NCBI RefSeq assembly: GCF_009914755.1
Contig: NC_060926.1
Source: the human T2T-CHM13v2.0 reference genome, Homo sapiens
Direction: 5' to 3' (one strand)
Length of the DNA: 64,000 nucleotides
Shown: positions 1 to 13,129 of the stretch, piece after piece
Numbering within the stretch: the first letter of the stretch is position 1
How the letters are laid out: each line of letters begins with the position of its first letter
Program-made: the position numbers and the translations under genes
Notes under the pieces: model-generated
What the model saw: only the letters and a program-made list of their open reading frames with translations
Database searches by the model: none
Told to the model about the DNA's origin: nothing

Positions 1-188
1 CAGCATAATTACCCATAATAGTCCAAAAGTAGAAAGAACCCCAGTGCGAATCAATGGGTGAGTGGATAAATGAAATGCAGTATATCCAAGCACTGGAATA
101 TTATGTAGCAATGAAAAGGAACAAAGTACTGATACATGCTATGACATGGATGAACCTTGACAACATTATGCTTAGTGGAAAAACATTG
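1..188 (+). mobile_element. Old L1 (L1MB/L1ME-like) 3' fragment
   Basis: Contains the L1M 3' motif 'aaaggaacaaagtactgatacatgctatgacatggatgaaccttgacaacattatgcttagtg'. Confidence 0.75.
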
Positions 189-485
189 GGCCGGGCACGG
201 TGGCTCATGCCTGTAATCCCAGCACTCTGGGAGGCTGAGACGGGCTGATCACGAGGTCAGGAGATTGAGACCATCCTGGCTAACACAGTGAAACCCCGTC
301 TCTACTAAAAATACAAAAAATTAGCCAGGCATGGTGATGGGTGCCTGTAGTCCCAGCTACTCAGGAGGCTGAGGCAGGAGAATGGCAGGAACCTGGGAGG
401 CAGAGCTTGCAGTGAGCCGAGATCTCGCCACCGCACTCCAGCCTGGGCAACTGAGCGAGACTCCATCTCCAAAAAAAGAAAAAAA
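189..485 (+). mobile_element. Full-length Alu, AluY-like
   Basis: GGCCGGGC head, 'gagaccatcctggctaacac' and 'gagcttgcagtgagccgagat' AluY-type motifs, A tail, and 'aaaaacattg' repeated on both sides (target-site duplication, TSD). Confidence 0.95.
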
Positions 486-609
486 CATTGACATTGTGCT
501 TAGTGAAAAACATTATGACAACCTTATCCTTAGTGACAACATTATGCTTAGTGGAAAAAATCCAGAAAGCTATATGTAGACACAACCAGAAATCTATATG
601 TACAGATTT

Positions 610-1215
610 CACAGATTAAAAGAGTAAAGTCATATGAGCATCAACAGATGCAGAAAATGCATTTGATAAAACCCAACATCCATTCAGGAAAAACAATGTT
701 AGAAAACTAAGAATAAGAGGTAACTTTCTTAATTGAATAAAGAGTATCTACATTTCCTATAGCAAATATTATACCTACACAGTGGAATACTGAAAACCTA
801 ACCCTGAAATCAGGACCAAGAAAAGATGCCCGCTAATTACCCTAATTACCACTTCTACTTAACATTTTATTACAGGTACTACCCAATGCCCAAAGCAAGC
901 AAAAAATAGCAAAAGGTTTAAAAACTGGAAAGGAAGAAATAAAACTGTTAATTCATATTTCTATATACCAGCAACAAAAAAATTAGAAAATGGTATTTTT
1001 AAAAGGCTGTCCACTTACACTAGCAGCCAAGAAATATCAAATGCCTAAGACTAAATCTAGCAAAGAGTGAGCAAGTCCTCTACACACAAACCACAAAACA
1101 TTATAGATGGAAACCTTAAAAAGATGCAAATAAATAGTCAATAATTCCCACAGATGGAAGTCTCCATAATGTAAACACGTCAGTTCTTCCCAAATTAATC
1201 AACATATTCAGTGCC
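610..1215 (+). mobile_element. Old L1M ORF2 (RT region) fragment
   Basis: Degenerate L1 ORF2 motifs such as 'gatgcagaaaatgcatttgataaaacccaacatccattc' and 'ggaaaggaagaaataaaactg'. Confidence 0.75.
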
Positions 1216-1539
1216 CTCCAGTCAAGACCTCAGTCTGCTTCTCCCCAACCCTGTCAGTCTTGGCTGTGAGCTGAGCACAGGGCCACTAGGGCCGCCAGCT
1301 CCATGCCTGGGGAGCCCAGGGACTGGTTTACAAGTTCTCAGGTGTTACTTCCAATCACCAGACATTCCTGGCATCATCTTCAATGCGGTATCTTGTGCAT
1401 TTCCTGGTCAGTCCCTTATATACTTACCTTCTCCATCATGCCCTGAGGACACTGCCTGCAGCCACCTGCCCCATTCCAGTGGGCACACGCAGTGTCCAGG
1501 CCCCACTCTCCCCTAAAGCAGCAGAGTCTGGAATCAAAA

Positions 1540-1678
1540 TGGCCCAAGTTCTTGTCCCGGCTCTGTGAGCTGCTCAAGCCATGCCCCTCCTGATCTTGAC
1601 CTTGCAAGGTTGTGATGAGAATTCAGTAAGATATTATGCAAGGAGCACCTGGCCAGTTACCTGACACATAGTAGATGT
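1540..1678 (+). mobile_element. MIR SINE fragment
   Basis: 'ggttgtgatgagaattcagtaagatatt...cctgacacatagtagatg' resembles the MIR core and 3' end. Confidence 0.5.
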
Positions 1679-2099
1679 TTCAGAGAGGAGAGATGAGAGA
1701 TGGTAGGAAAACCCGCTTTGCTGTGGGAGCTCTCACAACTTCCTTCTGGGCTGTGAGATCTGAGGTTCTGGGTTTAAGTCACACTAACCAAGATTTTCCT
1801 CTCCCTCCTGAAATATTCTCAGCCCCCCTGTGCTTGTCTGTCCAGGCTTCCCCATAACACAAGTATTCTAAACATACTACTCTACTCCAGCCCAATGTAG
1901 AGTAAAATGAAGTCTTCAGAGTACAAATCGGTGGCAGGTCCCACCCAATTAAGACTGATTTCATGTGAGGATCTTGAGAGCCTAATAATAGCCACATGAT
2001 GTTGCAATAGCTTTGGAATCCTTCCTTATTCCGGACCTCAACATCTGCTTTGGAAACATGCTTCTTAGGTACAGTTTAGGTTTGCTAGTTTATTTATCT

Positions 2100-2300
2100 C
2101 TTACTGAGCATCTGCTACTCATTTTACATGCCTTGTCTCCAGACCTCAAAAAAACTTTACAAAATTAGGCATTAATATTCCCATTTTACATATGAGAAAA
2201 ATGACATTCAAAGAGGGCTGGTGTCTTCCCCAGGACCACACAGGGAACAACTGCTGCAGCTGAATTTACACACAGTTTAATCCCACGTCATACTGCCTCC
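2100..2300 (-). mobile_element. MIR SINE fragment
   Basis: 'attcccattttacatatgagaaaaatgacattcaaagag' is a degenerate antisense MIR core. Confidence 0.55.
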
Positions 2301-2515
2301 CACCACCAATAGCTTCAGGGGTGTGGTACAGTAAACCTTAGACTGAGAACTTATCCAGTTCTACCCAACAAATCTTAAAATTCCAAAGGGTCAAACTTTT
2401 CCAAGTCATTTAACCACATCCCACAACAAAGTTCAAAAAGGAGGAGTTCAAACCATCTAGCACCCAACAAGGTAAAATTCACAATGTCTGATATCCAATC
2501 AAAAATTACAAGGCA

Positions 2516-2811
2516 GGCTGAGCGCAGTGGATCATGTCTGTAATCCCAGCACTTTGGGAGGCCAAGATGGGTCAATCAGCTGAGGTCAGGTGTTAGAGAC
2601 CAGCCTGGCCAACATGCCAAAACCCTGTCTCTACTAAAAATACAAAAATTAGCTGGGTATGGTAGCATGTGCCTGTAATCACAGCTACTCAGGAGGCTAA
2701 GGCACAAGAATCACTTGAACCTGGGAGGTGGAGGTTACAGTGAGCCAAGATCACACCACTGCACTTTAGCTTGGGTGACAGAGCAAGACTCTGTCTCAAA
2801 AAAAAAAAAAA
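2516..2811 (+). mobile_element. Full-length AluS (Sx/Sz-like)
   Basis: Dimeric Alu with A tail and TSD 'aaaaattacaaggca' on both sides. Confidence 0.95.
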
Positions 2812-2991
2812 TTACAAGGCAGATAAAGCAGAAAAATGCACAATAAATCAATCAATCAAAACCCATTCAGAACTGACAGATATATAGTCATGGTTAGCCC
2901 CTCACTTCTTTCAACTCTTTGCTCAAATATAAATTTCTTCATGAGACCAACCCCACCTATGCCATTTAAAATTGCAACATACCCACTCTGT

Positions 2992-5056
2992 ATTTTTAAT
3001 TGACAAATAATAAATTCTATATATGTATGGGGTACAATGTTATGTTTTAATATATGTATACATTGTGGGATGATTAAATCAAGCTAACTAAAATATCCAT
3101 CACCTCATCTACATATGATTTTTTGTGGTAAGAACACTTAAAGTCTACTTTCTTGGCCATTTTCAAGTATACAATACCTTATTATTAACTATAGTAACCA
3201 TGGTATTCAATAGATTGCTAAAACTTCTTCCTCCTGACTAACTAAACTTTGCACTCTTTGACCAACATTATCCCAATCCTCCTCCACCCCAGCCCCTGGT
3301 AATCACCATTCTACTCTCTACTTCAATGAGTCCAACTATTTTAGATTCCATATATGAGTATTTGTCTTTCTGTGTCTGGCTTATTTTGCTTAGCCTAGTG
3401 ATATCCAGGTTCATCCATGCTGTTGCAAATGATAGATTTTTCTTGTTTTCTAAGGCTATAAAGTATTCTATTGTGCATATACATTTCTTTATATATTTTC
3501 TTTATCCATTCATCTGTTGAGGGACACTTAGGTTGATTCTGTATCTTGGCTATTGTGAATAGTGCTGCAATAAACATAGGAATGCAGGTATCTCTTCAAC
3601 ATACTGATTTCAATTCCTTTGAATATATACCCAGAAATGAGTTTGCTGGATCACATAGTAATTCTATTTTTAGTTTTTTGAGGAACTTTCAAACTATTTT
3701 CCATAATGACTATACTAATCTACAATCCCTCCAACAATGTGCAACATTGTGCAATGAGAAACATCCCTTTTCTCTACATTCTTGCCAACACTTATAACCT
3801 TTCATCTTTTTGTTAGCAGCCATTCCAACAGCCATGAGGTGATATCTCACTGTGGCTTTAATTTGCATTAATTTAACTTAACACATTTTCACATTAGTGA
3901 TGCTGGAGATTTTTTCACATATCTGTTAACCATTCATATGTTTTCTTTTCAGAAATACCTATTCCAATCCTTTGCTCATTTCTTAACTGGATTTGTGTGT
4001 GTGTGATTGAGTTGCAATATATTTTGAGTATTAATCCCTTATCAGATGTATGGTTTGCAAATATTTTCTCCCATTCTGTAGGTTGTCTTTTCATTCTGTT
4101 ATTTCCTTGCTATGCAGAAACTTTTTAGTTTCATGATATCCCATTTGTCTATGTTTGGTTTTGTTGCCTGTGCTTTTAAGATACTACTCAAGGCCAGGCG
4201 CGGTAGCTCATGCCTGTAATCTCACCACTTTGGGAGGCCAAGGTGGGTGGATCATGAGGTCAGGAGTTCAAGATCAGCCTGGCCAAGATGGTGAAACCCC
4301 ATCTCTACTAAAAATACAAAAAATTAGTCAGGCGTGGTGGTGGGCGCCTGTAATCCCAGCTACTCAGGAGGCTGAGGTAGAGAATTGCTTGAACCTGGGA
4401 GGCAGTGATTGCAGTGAGCCGAGATTGCACCACTGCACTCCAGCCTGGGTGACAGAGCAAAACTCTGTCTCAAAAAAAACGATACTACTCAAAAAAACCA
4501 TTGTCCAGATCAATGTTTTGGAGACTTTTCCCTATGTTTTCTTCTAGTAGTCTTAGAGTTTTGGATCTTACCTTTAAGCCTTTATTCCATTTTGAGTCGA
4601 TTTCTGTATATGGTGTGAGATAAGAGTCCAATTCCATTCTTCTACATGTGGATATCCAGTTTTTTCAACACCCTTAATTGAAGAGACTATTTCCCCACTG
4701 TGTGTTTTTAGTGCCTTTGTCAAAAACTAATTGGCCATAAACTCAGGTTTATTTCTGAGTTCTCCATTATGTTCCATTGTTCTATGTGTCTGTTTTCACG
4801 CCAGTACCACACTGTCTTGATTACTACCGCTTTGTAGTATATTTTGAAGTCAGTTTGATTCCCCCATCTTTGTTCTTTTTGTTCAAGATACCTTTGGCTA
4901 TCTGGGGTCTTTCATGGTTTCATATTAATTTTAGGATTTTTTTTTCTGTTTCTGTGAAATATGTTATTGAGATCTTGATAGGGATTGCATTAGATCTGTA
5001 GACTGCTTTGGGTACTATGGACATTTTAACAACATTATTTCTTCCAATCCATGAAC
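2992..5056 (-). mobile_element. L1MA-like element, about 1.75 kb of the 3' end, interrupted by an Alu
   Basis: Antisense L1MA 3' end ('ggggtacaatgttatgttttaatatatgtatacattgtgggatgattaaatcaagctaac') continuing into ORF2 C-terminal sequence. Confidence 0.85.
4192..4479 (+). mobile_element. AluS (Sg-like) inserted in L1
   Basis: Dimeric Alu with TSD 'gatactactcaa' at 4180-4191 and 4481-4492. Confidence 0.95.
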
Positions 5057-5090
5057 ATGCCACCCCAGATTTCTGATTTCCTTTACCTGA

Positions 5091-5413
<323 letters not shown>

Positions 5414-7074
5414 TCAAATTTTTTTTTTTAGTGAAAAAATGACTCTACCATAGGAAATATTTTCCAGCATTGGTGAGACTAGGAAAATGTTACTGTTTAT
5501 GCATTCGTGAGCTCCTTTTTTCTGACTATAGGCTGGAAAAAAACAAAAGGAAATTGACAGGACAGGAAGAGGTGCTTCTGTTTAACCTTGGGTTATTTGT
5601 CTTTCCCAAAAACTTCATTAAAAAACCACTAAAAATGTTAATCTTCTTAGAGGATAATAGAAAAGAGATCATCTGGAGTTTATAAAGCATCTTGGTTAAT
5701 AGGTTCATTTTAATAATAGCTGATCTTTTCATCCACAGAGAGGCTGTTCTGCCAGCTCAGCAAATCTCCTCAAAGACTTTCCAGGGTGTACTTTATGGCT
5801 AAGATATCATAAAACACAGAAGGTGGTTGCCATTCTCAGAGAACAATAACACCCTGGCCTAAAACCTGACAAGTTATTTGATTCATTTTATAAATTCGTT
5901 TTTATAAACTTTTAAGCACTGCTGGGCCAGAACTCATCAACACAACTTCCAGTTCACAGAGGGAAGGATTTGCCCAAGGCATGGCTGTCACAGTGAAGGA
6001 ACTGCAGACACAGGACCAGACCCAGGCCTTTCCTAGATGGGAGTGCACATAGAGCCCACCCCAACAGACCCTCACCGGCTCCCAGAGGCAAGGGGTCATC
6101 TCAGCAGCATATCCATCTGGCCTCCAGTCTCCTGCCAGGCCTACCATATTCAGCTCCCTAATTCTTAAAGCGCTCCAGGTTTGAGCCCCTTAGCCTTCTT
6201 TCTTGCAGAGTCCCCATCCTCACCCCCAAACCTTACACTTTACACTGCAGACCCCTGGCATGCTTGTATCCTCACTCTGCTTAGCTGTTCCTATCTCTAC
6301 ACCATTGTTCACATGACACCTTCTCCTAGGAATGCTGTCTCCCACCCTACAAGTGTTGCAACCTGAGCCCTAGAGATATAGAGATGAACGGAAAGGTGCC
6401 CCCTGCCCTCTGAACAGCACCAAGGTCAGACAACCAGAGGCTCTGCCCATCATTCCCCAGGGCTGGAGAAGGCCTCTGAGCAAACAAATGTCAGCCACCC
6501 TCTGGGAAAGTACCCTCAAAAACAGGTTTTTTGTCCACAGAGGGTCAAAGCGCAAAGACATAAAGTGTTTAGAAAATATAAAACACTAACACGTGGATTC
6601 CTTATTGGCCACAGCTTTGCCTTTCACGAGACCATCCCAGACACGCTGTGCCTCTGACCAAAGCATGAAGTAGCCTACACTCTACGCCACACCCTGCATT
6701 AAAGCTCCTTATGGACTGATCCTGCCAGCGAACATGTATGAAATACGCACTAAAATAGCCCTGACTATGTGTCCAATACAGAATGAGAAGACTCACCCTA
6801 GGCTTCAGGGAGTCCACAGCACAGAGACCAGTCAGATCTGGACAAGTGGTGCTAATTCACAGCCCAGGAATGGAGTGTGGCTTGTTGATCTGCACACATC
6901 TCACCCAATTGTTCTAATGGGGTCAGCTCCCTTTTCTGGGTCTGTATCAGGGCTCAGCTGCCTGTAGCTCACTGTGGCCACTGGGCAGCTGCCCCAGCCC
7001 AGGTCAGGCCTCCGACTGGCCACAAAGAAACCTGAGCCCCAGGTTGTCCTCAGCTCTGCTCTGTCTAACCATCT

Positions 7075-7765
7075 ATGCTTATTGTAGTTTATTTTTCGTT
7101 TTAATTTTATTCCAAAAAGGGCAAAATTATTACTTTAGTTGGCCTGCAAATAAGAGTTAAATACTTATTAAGTTGTAAAAAGGAGTATGTTATAAAATGA
7201 ATTCTAATAGGCTTCTTCCCTCAAAAGAAGCAATTTAATGAATACAGTTTGACTTCTGTTCAATTAATAATGTGCCCAATCACTCCTGCTTTGCAAGAAG
7301 TGACTATATGTAGATGATATTATTGTAGGACCCAATTTTTCCTGCAATTAACTGCATATATTTCCTGACAGACTAATTTATGTATGAATGCTTTTTAAAA
7401 GCAAAGGCATTTTGCATGTAATTGTATTCCTTTTTAATCCATCTGTTGATAAATTTGCGTGTGTCTCTGTTTATTGGCTAATGCCTCCCTCTGCTCTAGG
7501 ACGACAGGCACAGGAGTCAAAATATTTTGGGGATGAAATAAATAATAAAGGGTAATTGAAGGCCAGATGTAGGCTGCTGGGAATGTCTCCATGGGTGTGG
7601 TGAATCCCACAGTAGAACTTTTTACTGCTGCTGAGTGGAGAGTGAATAAAAACATGATTAACATTGTTGCTCTGGATTTGCTTGTTTGCAAATCATGCTC
7701 TGTAGCAGGTAAAGGTCATTACAAGTTTGCTGCACTTTGATTTCCAGTGTCATATTTGGCCCTCT
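7075..7765. promoter_or_regulatory. Candidate conserved non-coding element or enhancer
   Basis: AT-rich island with no recognisable repeat, set in GC-rich flanks and dense in TAAT/ATTA, TGACAG and GATAA motifs. Conservation not tested. Confidence 0.3.
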
Positions 7766-8394
7766 TCACTGCAGGTCCACCAAAAGCACAGCAGGGCAGG
7801 GTGCATTGCTTGCTGCAGCAAGGGAGGCTGCAGGCACGGCAAGCCCCGGGGGACGGTGATACAAGGGAGTGAGTCCAGAGGAGCTGGCTGTAGGATTTGA
7901 GCGGAACTTGGTGACTTTGGGAGAGTTCAAGGAACCGGGGTCTGCTGTTAGGAAGTAGAGGCAGTCCAAGGAGCAGGCATCTTAGTAATTTTCATCTAAG
8001 AGGTGAGAAGAACAGGCCAAGGCTCAGTGGTCAGGGAAGAACAAGAATCAGTGGAGAAGCCAGGCCATGCCATGGCAGTCTGGGAGCCTTGTCTGCCCAT
8101 CTGTGTGGGTGTGGCTCCAGAGTCTTGTTCCCATCTCGATCCATCACACTCGCCCACAGCCCTTCATCAGCCTGGCTATTCTGTGCAAGTGTGTGCTCTG
8201 CAGGGGGCCCCACAGCCTGGCTGGCGGCAATGCGCCAGCCCCCACTGTGGGGCTGCATTTCTGAGCAAATGCACAGTTAAGACGGGCTTCATCAGCACGT
8301 GTGGGTGGGGACATTCAGCCTCGGAATGGAGCTGGAGGGAGAAGAAACCTCACTGACCCAGGGCTTGAGAGGCAGAGCTAGAGACCCATTGAGT

Positions 8395-8700
8395 GCAGGA
8401 GCGTATTGCCAACACCTGCTGTAACACTCTCGACCGTTCTGTCAGCACCAGACCCACTTTACAGATGAGGAAACTGAGGCTCCCTGAGATGAAGTGAAAG
8501 GCCCAAAATTAACACATATTTTGCACATAATTACATAATTAGGCAGATAATTACATTATAGGTACATAATTACATAATTAGATGCATAATTAAGCAATAA
8601 TTACATGATTAGATGCACAATCAGGCATATAATTAGCAAGCGGGCTGGCATTTGGCCCATGGGGGTCTGACTCTGATCCTCCCATCTTTCTACTGCACCA
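8395..8700 (-). mobile_element. MIR interrupted by an AT-rich TAATTA array
   Basis: MIR core 'cccactttacagatgaggaaactgaggctc', resuming after 8636 with 'ggctggcatttggcccatgggggtctgactc'. Confidence 0.65.
8528..8635. repeat. Degenerate tandem array with eight TAATTA palindromes
   Basis: Counted directly in the sequence. Confidence 0.9.
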
Positions 8701-11019
8701 GTGTGCCTGGGTCAGGACCCAGGACGCGTGCAGGGGTGCTGCTGGGCACAGGGACCCTGTGAGTATCTGTTGCCACTCACTCCTCAGTGATGGAGCAGGA
8801 AATTGAACCTCAGATCACAAAGCCAGTGGGATCCAGCTTCAGGGGTGAGGGTGGGGGTCTGGCTCACTGCAGAGCCTGGACTCATTCTACTTACCACCGC
8901 CATCCCTGAGAAAGGGAAGAGGCCCTTCCTGAACACACCAGTGGCCTAGGCACTAAGGCCTGGCCCTCCATCCTCATCTGCAGAGGCAGATACTCACAGA
9001 GGAAAACCAGGGCTGGGACCACAGAAGGCTGGGGCCCTGTGGCTGTGGAAGGAGCCCCCAGCCAAGCCTAAAGGAAGATGTTTCAGGGCAGCTTCCTGGA
9101 GGAGGCCTCCTGAGCTGAAGGACAGAGAGCAGCTACCTCTGAAGACCTAGGAACAGCATGATGCATTTAAGAAACAGCAGCCACAGGGCAGCCTTTCCTG
9201 TCCCCATCATTGTGTGACAAATCGAATTCTCAGGGAAGGCATAGAGTGAGCAAGTGGTGCAGCTAGCACTCAAGGTTGGGTCCACCTGTGTCCAATATGC
9301 ACATTTGTTCTGTTGTTGGGCTGCACACAACAGATGGAATTGAGCTCCACTTCGAGATGGTGGAGGAAGGATGAGGGGAGACTAGGCCTTGGCTCTGCCA
9401 CTAGCCCACTCTGTGTCCTTGGTCTCTCCAGATCTGAAGTGGACGATGGCCTGAGTCCATGCTTTCACACCATGTTCACAGAGCACTGTGGCCTCACAGG
9501 AGTGTCAACCCTGGGAAGGCTCAGCCACGCATCCCAGAGCCTGCTCCAGTCTGGCCCCGTGCTGGAGTTGACTTTGGGATGCATCTGGCTCTGCTGCCAT
9601 CTCTCTGGGACCTTCCTGTTCAGAGGAGCCTCCGCGACTGGCCACCCTCATTCAGGCTCCCCGGTCTCCTGGGTCCCAGCCAACAAGGCTGATACAGCCA
9701 TGTGAGGTTCACCTGAGTGCCTGCCCAGCACACGGGCATTCATGAGACTGGTCTGGCACACACTGCCCTCTGCTCTTGGCCTTTCCTGCCCACCTCACTG
9801 CTGCCTCCACACCTTCTGTCCGGTCTCACCCCCATGAGGCCAAGTAGCTTAGGGTGCCCTCCTGTCAGGGAATTTGCATTTTATTAGGATAATTGAATAC
9901 TTTGTGACCCAAATAAATGGGAAGCTCCCCGGCCACACAGCCTCTGCCAAAAGGAAGGACCCCAGGTTCTCCTTCAGCCATGAATGAGACTTTGGGATGG
10001 TCTTTAGCCCAGAAACACACACCCTGCAGGGCTTCTGGGGACTCAGGAACCAGCCCCCTGGACTCTCAGACGGGGAAGTGCCTCTCCCAACCCCTCTCAG
10101 AGGCCCCCGTTTGGCTTTCCATGCTGGAGGGGAGGCCCCCATCCTGACCACAGCCCAGACTCCCATAGCCCGCACCCCCAGGGGTTCGCCTAAACCCCAG
10201 ATGGCCTCCAAGATTCAGGCGCCAGGCGAGGGGACAGGGCAGGGATGTGAGGAATGGTCCTTCTCAGGAATGTCAAATTCTCAAGGACCCCTCTTGCTCA
10301 GCCAAGGCTCACCCCTGTGCCGCCGGCAGGGGAGACACCCCTGTCACAGGCTGTGCTCCTGCCCTGCTGGCCCCAGTGTCTGAATCACTACCTCTCAGCA
10401 CTGTTAGACACACAGCTGGGTTACTTTTCCTCTGGCTCCTTTTGGGACTGAATTTAATCTTGCAATTTACATTTTCTGATAAACTATTCCTGACTTTGGG
10501 TAAAAGACCAAGGTCAGATTAGAATCCTTTCCCTCTCACGGTAAGTTAGTGCTTTGTGGTTTGGTTTTTGTTTGCTTGCTTGCTTTGCTTGGTTTCATTT
10601 AATTTTGTCTTTATCTTGAAACTCAGAGTTGCAAACCTGGACCAGCAGCTGGCTCCTGTATAGCAGAGGGGAAGTGGGGCCTCCCTTTTCTTTCCAAATT
10701 ACTGAAAGCATAAATCCTGTTGGGACGGCACCCAGCAGAGAGCAGGACAGCAGAAGAAAGGGAACGGAGTCTTCTCTGATTCCACAGCAAAGTGCTAGTG
10801 GCCGAAGGCTTGAACTTGCCAAAGCACTCCGGTGAACTCACCCTTGAGTGCAGGCCCCTGTGCCTTCCTGAACACCCCCTGAATGGTCCTGGCTCTGAGG
10901 AGGAGGGGAGCACTGTGCCTGGGGGATGAAGGAGCCGGCGTATGCAAAGAAGCTATCAGCAGTTGGTGAGAAAAACTTTAGCTGAAGGGCTCGTGTTGAA
11001 TTAGGTGTCATGGTCAGGT

Positions 11020-11187
11020 TAGACAGAGGCACAGAGAGAGAGAGAGAAATAGAGACAGAGACAGAAACAGACAGAGACAGACGGAGAAACAGAGGCAGAG
11101 AGAGAGAGATAGAGACATAGAGAGAGACAGAAACAGAGAGACAGAGACAGAGACAGACAGAGACATAGAGAGACAGAGACAGAGAGC
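11020..11187 (+). repeat. GA-rich (AG/AGAC)n low-complexity repeat
   Basis: Directly visible. Confidence 0.95.
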
Positions 11188-12894
11188 AAGGGGATAGGAG
11201 AGGGCAGCAAGGCTGAGCCGCCGAGCGAAGAGGAGGTTGGGGTGGCAGCCCTGTGCATGCGGCTATCCTTCCCAGTCCTGAGGGTCCCCTCCCGCAGCCT
11301 GTCCCGTCCCCACAGCTGTCTTACGCACAGTAGCTGAGAAAATTGAGACACTGAGATTTTAAGTAACTTATTTAAGGTTGAGCAAAGAATATCTGACCCC
11401 AAAGACATCATCACTTGTTGATTTTTCAAAACGTCAGTGGCTAAAGCTCGAAGTGGAATCAGTAGGGCGGCAGCCCTAGGGGGCCATTTTTCCTTTCACC
11501 TGTGCCTTTGTCCACTCGTCAGTGGCTGAAAGTGCCCCAGCACCGTCTGTGCCCTCGGAGCTCCCGGGCACAATACACCCTCCTCCATGGGGATGTGTGT
11601 CCTGATGGCCAGGTATCACCTGAGAGCCTCACAGACCTCAGCCAGCCCCCTCCTTGAGTGCTTGCCCTCCAGTGATCTGGCCCCTTTTTTCAATAACTGA
11701 GAGGAAGCCCGGCACACAGGCTGCCTTCTCTCTGTCCTCGTGCTCGTGCATGCCTGCCAGGAGAGATCCTGCATACAGACAACACACAGGCAGCGCTGGG
11801 AAGGGCTGTCCTGCTTACAGCTCTGCGCTCTCTAGGAAACACTGACAGAGGTTGAGGATGGGGTGGCTTCCACCGGCCTGATCCCATCTGGATCCTGGGT
11901 CCTGCTCAGTGAGGCCCTTGATGAAGCCGGCAGAACAAAGACTGGAGGGAGAGCGTCCCCACCCCAGTAATGAGGGGTACCACAGTTTGCCTGTGTGGTT
12001 ACGGATTTGGTTACTGGCACAGGTTAGGTGGCTCCCACCTGCTGCCTGTGAAATCTGGGGCAAGTGCCACCATCCTCCTCACCTGCAAAACCAGGGTGAC
12101 AGGAATGACACCTCCTGAGACTAATCAGACAGCGAGGCTCAGCACCTAGCACGCCCCGGCATGGAGGAGCCCACACAGCCTGTTATTATTATTAGGCACA
12201 AACAAGGCCAGGTGGGTTGATTCCATCTGTACTTCCTCCTTCTCAGGAACAGTGGCTGAGAGGCTGTTCTGTTGGGGTCCCCACACTATCTCCAGCTCTT
12301 GACCCTTGTGTCCAGGCCTGGCGCACATCCACAGCCTGATCCTAACATCCTGTGTGCACACAGCGTGCGAGGGACCTGCCTTCTTGCTCCAGCTCTCTGT
12401 GGCTCGGTGGTGGCCGGGCTCAACCACCCTCTCTCCCAGGGTGGGGGTGGCTTCTCTGATGTCTCATGGGTCTCTCCTCCTCCCAGGGTTCTGTTGCTCC
12501 CTTCATGAGGGTAGAAGCCTCCTTCCACTTCCCTTTTCAGGGTACTCAGGTGTCACCAGCAGCAGCCTGGCTTTGACAGCCTGGGCACCACTGTGGGGTC
12601 CAGAAATTGCAGCCATCCTAAACCTGCATCTGTGGGCTGGGAGTGTGCACGCCAGGTCCTGGAGGGCTCCTCGTCCTGTGGCTCATGAAGTTGAGAAAGG
12701 TGTTTGCAACCTTGGGACCCCACTGCGAGCATTGGGCTCCATTCCAATTAGAAAAGCCAGGGAGCTTGGGCCGACCCTGCCTTTCCTCCATCAGTGAGCA
12801 GAAGCTACATGTGGCTTGATATACTGATGCTTCTTACATTGTGTCACTCAAAGCACAATAAAACCAGTGGCTTGAAACTGCATTGTTTCCAGAC

Positions 12895-12897
<3 letters not shown>

Positions 12898-12932
<35 letters not shown>
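12898..12932 (+). repeat. (CA)n microsatellite, about 17 units
   Basis: Directly visible. Confidence 0.97.
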
Positions 12933-12936
<4 letters not shown>

Positions 12937-13129
12937 CACACCAAAGTCCAGGTAGAATACAGCCAACTTACCTGGAGAGTTATTCACATTAAATTGAGGG
13001 GTTTATGGAACTAAAATCAGTATACTCACACAATTCTCTCTCATAATAACATACTGGGGAATGGGTGGGTGCAGAATTGTGGAATTAAATACATTTCTTG
13101 ACAATAATAATACAGTCTATCTGACACTA

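Noticed and set aside
10480-10546. Strong + strand donor CACG|gtaagt
   Set aside because: I found no convincing upstream acceptor or promoter, and isolated donor motifs are common.
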